Under the pieces are notes generated by a model. It saw only the letters and a list, made by a program, of their open reading frames with translations, was not told the origin of the DNA and did no database searches. A DNA stretch of 64,000 nt from a virus. The stretch is taken from UHGV virus genome UHGV-1366123. One strand, given 5' to 3'. Within the stretch, counting starts at the first letter, position 1, and each line of letters begins with the position of its first letter. Of the stretch, positions 61,543 to 64,000 are shown piece after piece. The translations under genes were made by a program, and so were the position numbers.

Positions 61543-62181
61543 TATATGGACTACCAGCTCGTAATACCTTCACTAAAGCCGATATCTTACCAGTCATTGG
61601 AAGCAAAGCAGACGATAAAGATTGATGATGAGGAAATTGTCGATCTTTGTTCTGAATCGTTTTCAAAGACTGTTCCTATGGACTATACGTTGCAGATATC
61701 GACGATTTCTGAAGATTTGAGCGGTAGACCTCATCTTGTATCGAGGATTCTTATGGGATCAGAGGACGATGCTGATATCTTGATGCATTACAACCACGTC
61801 TCGAATCCTTATTCGATGGATGGGACTTTCACGTTTATAACACCAAACAGACAGACAGCAGTCGAAGCTATAAAGAAGTCGGCTTCATCTTCACAGAAGG
61901 AGAACGAATCTCAAGTAGAACTCAATCGAAGTGTTGCAGAGAAGGATAAGAAGAGGATAATGGAACTTATACGACAGTCCAATCCTCAGATGGTTTCGGA
62001 ATCCACAACACCAATCAGAACAACGAACATGACTACACAGCCACAGACAGAAGAAAAGGATGGTGAGATCGTGTTTGGTACAAACGTTGTGTCGAAGAGA
62101 TGTTCTGGTGACCTCTCTTCGACACAATCAAGAACGGAGATGATAAGAAGAACTATCCGTTCAATGGCTATTAAATCATAG
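61540..62181 (+). CDS. hypothetical protein (213 aa)
   Basis: ORF. Confidence 0.5.
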   Translation: MYMDYQLVIPSLKPISYQSLEAKQTIKIDDEEIVDLCSESFSKTVPMDYTLQISTISEDLSGRPHLVSRILMGSEDDADILMHYNHVSNPYSMDGTFTFITPNRQTAVEAIKKSASSSQKENESQVELNRSVAEKDKKRIMELIRQSNPQMVSESTTPIRTTNMTTQPQTEEKDGEIVFGTNVVSKRCSGDLSSTQSRTEMIRRTIRSMAIKS

Positions 62182-62184
62182 CCT

Positions 62185-62652
62185 TTATTCTTTCCAGAGT
62201 TCCTTTATTATCCCTTCGGAGAGGATCTTTTTTGCATCATCTTCATCAAAAGAAAGTTCAACGATGTCTTTCACAACATCCTCTTTCGGTATGTTGTAAG
62301 ATTGGGATAAAAAGTCGATGATGCTCTCGGGGATCATGTCGATTTCGACCATAATGTTGAAAGAAATAGTGGACTTCACACCATTCTTCACAATTCCTAT
62401 GACCTCATTTGGGAGGTTTAACTTTCTTGGTGGTAGCTTTATAGCGTGAGACTTATCATTGTCTTCATAGATCATCATTTTCTGATCATTATCTTCCTCT
62501 TTGATCTCGTTTCTATGAAGCATTATCGTCTGACGAGGTTCTTCGTTGATAACCTCTCTGACATTATCAGAAGGTGTCGTGATTGGTATTCCGTTTTCAT
62601 CAACTTCTAACGTGCTAAAGACATCCCACGCTTTGCTATTATTCTCTTCCAT
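62185..62652 (-). CDS. hypothetical acidic protein (155 aa)
   Basis: Minus-strand ORF with no overlapping + ORF. Confidence 0.5.
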   Translation of the reverse strand: MEENNSKAWDVFSTLEVDENGIPITTPSDNVREVINEEPRQTIMLHRNEIKEEDNDQKMMIYEDNDKSHAIKLPPRKLNLPNEVIGIVKNGVKSTISFNIMVEIDMIPESIIDFLSQSYNIPKEDVVKDIVELSFDEDDAKKILSEGIIKELWKE

Positions 62653-62730
62653 ACCTGTTGATCTTTCTGATTGGTTTTTCTTCTTATACTTTTAAATAAT
62701 GAGAATTTTTGATCAAAAAAGAAACGAAAC

Positions 62731-63258
62731 ATGTTTGAACTTAGTAATATCAAGATCACAAAGTCTAAGGTCGATGAGAAAAGCATCGAATCTAACGGCT
62801 TTTGGTTTACACCTGTCAATGGTGAATTCAACACCGATGGTGTTGTAGAGTTTATAACGAGTGAACTTGAAAGCCCTAAGTGGCTTGATGGTAAGACATT
62901 CCCATCTCTTAATCATCTCTTCGTCACGGAATCACAGACGAATCTCTTCATGGCTCTGTGTCCGTCTGTAGTCATCGATGGTTATTCGTTCGAACTGAAG
63001 TATAACCGCATCCTCGGTGGTCACCAGCTCCACGCCATAAAGGTGGAAGGTGAAGATGCAGAAGAAGAACAGACCGAAACCGAAACGGAAAAGGTAGAAG
63101 AAACTACGGAAACCGCAGAAGAAACTACGGAAAAGGCTGAAGACGATTCTAAGGAAGAAAAGACCGAAGACACAAAGGAAGTAGAAGAAAAGACTGAAGA
63201 AAAGGTAGAAGAACCAAAGGAAAAGAAGACTACCGCACGCAAATCGACGAAGAAGTAA
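62731..63258 (+). CDS. hypothetical protein with highly acidic E/K/T-rich tail (175 aa)
   Basis: ORF. Confidence 0.5.
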   Translation: MFELSNIKITKSKVDEKSIESNGFWFTPVNGEFNTDGVVEFITSELESPKWLDGKTFPSLNHLFVTESQTNLFMALCPSVVIDGYSFELKYNRILGGHQLHAIKVEGEDAEEEQTETETEKVEETTETAEETTEKAEDDSKEEKTEDTKEVEEKTEEKVEEPKEKKTTARKSTKK

Positions 63259-63298
63259 AGATCTCGTCGGTTTTGTTGATTGATTTGATTGATTAGTT

Positions 63299-63336
63299 TG
63301 AGGTCGCTATGTCGAGAAGATATGGCGACCTCGTCA
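63299..63336 (+). terminator. Stem-loop gaggtcgctat...atggcgacctc
   Basis: Inverted repeat after stop. Confidence 0.45.
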
Positions 63337-63364
63337 TATATAAGAATACCACAAATCAGTCATA

Positions 63365-63835
63365 TTGATAACAATAAAAATGGATGAAAAAGTAAAAGAA
63401 TACGAGCAATTTGTCGTTTCTTGCTTCAACGAGAATCCTACAAATAACAAGGTTCTCGACTTCATTCACATGACAATGGCACTTATGTCAGAATCTGGTG
63501 AATTCGCTGATATAGTCAAGAAGGCGGTGTTCCATTCTAAGGAGATCTCGAAGGTTGATCTCGTAGACGAACTCGGTGATGTTCTGTTCTACTTCATGAA
63601 CATTTGTCATTTCCTTGGTGTCACGATTGATGATGTCATGGAAGCAAATCTCATAAAAATCCGTGAAAGATACCCCGAAGGTCGTGGCAAGAACTACAAC
63701 TTCGGTACACGTAATAAGGCAGAAGAAAAGAAGAGAATAGAACAATTCTTGATGAAGATAAAGCAGGATGTTTCAATCGATATCAACATCAGCCAAATCA
63801 ATCCTCATCATCAGTCTCAACACATAGGAAAGTAA
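63365..63835 (+). CDS. MazG-like nucleoside triphosphate pyrophosphohydrolase (156 aa)
   Basis: ALMSESGEFADIVKK (EExGE) and ELGDVLFYFMNICHFLGVTIDDVMEANLIKIRERY match the all-alpha MazG signature. Confidence 0.8.
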   Translation: MITIKMDEKVKEYEQFVVSCFNENPTNNKVLDFIHMTMALMSESGEFADIVKKAVFHSKEISKVDLVDELGDVLFYFMNICHFLGVTIDDVMEANLIKIRERYPEGRGKNYNFGTRNKAEEKKRIEQFLMKIKQDVSIDINISQINPHHQSQHIGK

Positions 63836-63837
63836 CC

Positions 63838-64000
63838 ATGATCATTGTAACAATTCGGAACATCAACATAGAAGCATTTATCAGCTTCTTCAACGACATC
63901 GACATAAAGTCGAAGCAGGTGATTGATATCTACAAAACAGAAGATGGGAAGCATGAGATCGTCTCTCGTGGTCATACAATCACACGTGACTTCGTGAAAG
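63838..64000 (+). CDS. partial ORF running off window end
   Basis: ATG 63838 overlapping upstream stop; truncated. Confidence 0.3.
   Translation, partial: MIIVTIRNINIEAFISFFNDIDIKSKQVIDIYKTEDGKHEIVSRGHTITRDFVK

Overview
This window reads as a contiguous piece of a large, low-GC (~38-40%) tailed dsDNA phage genome. Genes are tightly packed, nearly all on the + strand, with TAATG/ATGA coupled overlaps, many rho-independent terminator hairpins and essentially no Shine-Dalgarno sequences, which suggests a Bacteroidota-type host. The left two thirds (1-39.7 kb) carry very large virion-type genes: an 810-aa protein, a 2340-aa LRR-containing fibre-like protein, a 1278-aa tape-measure-like protein with tandem repeats, and 1141-aa and 1039-aa proteins. 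Each of these is preceded by a conserved GGTAAATAAGCAAA-like motif. Interspersed are a tRNA-Arg(TCT), a YkuD-like cell-wall enzyme, an RtcB RNA ligase, a FEN-type 5' nuclease and a sigma-region-4/MORN protein. The right third (39.7-64 kb) is a replication and nucleotide-metabolism block. It holds guanylate kinase, a C-terminal-only family-B DNA polymerase preceded by a 1.3-kb iteron-rich non-coding region, a vWA protein, ThyA, three tandem DHFR-like/dUTPase-like fusion paralogs, a class-II-like RNR, HU, a divergent PurA/PurZ-like synthetase, PurB and a MazG-like pyrophosphohydrolase. That last combination suggests an aminoadenine (Z-base)-type modified-purine pathway, but this needs experimental confirmation. 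Other unexplained structure includes a dispersed family of ~34-bp GTAC-centred palindromes (14 or more copies), TGACA tandem arrays flanking a duplicated promoter-like box, and hairpins sharing a GTCGGGAGA loop. No CRISPR array, integrase or terminase was recognisable.
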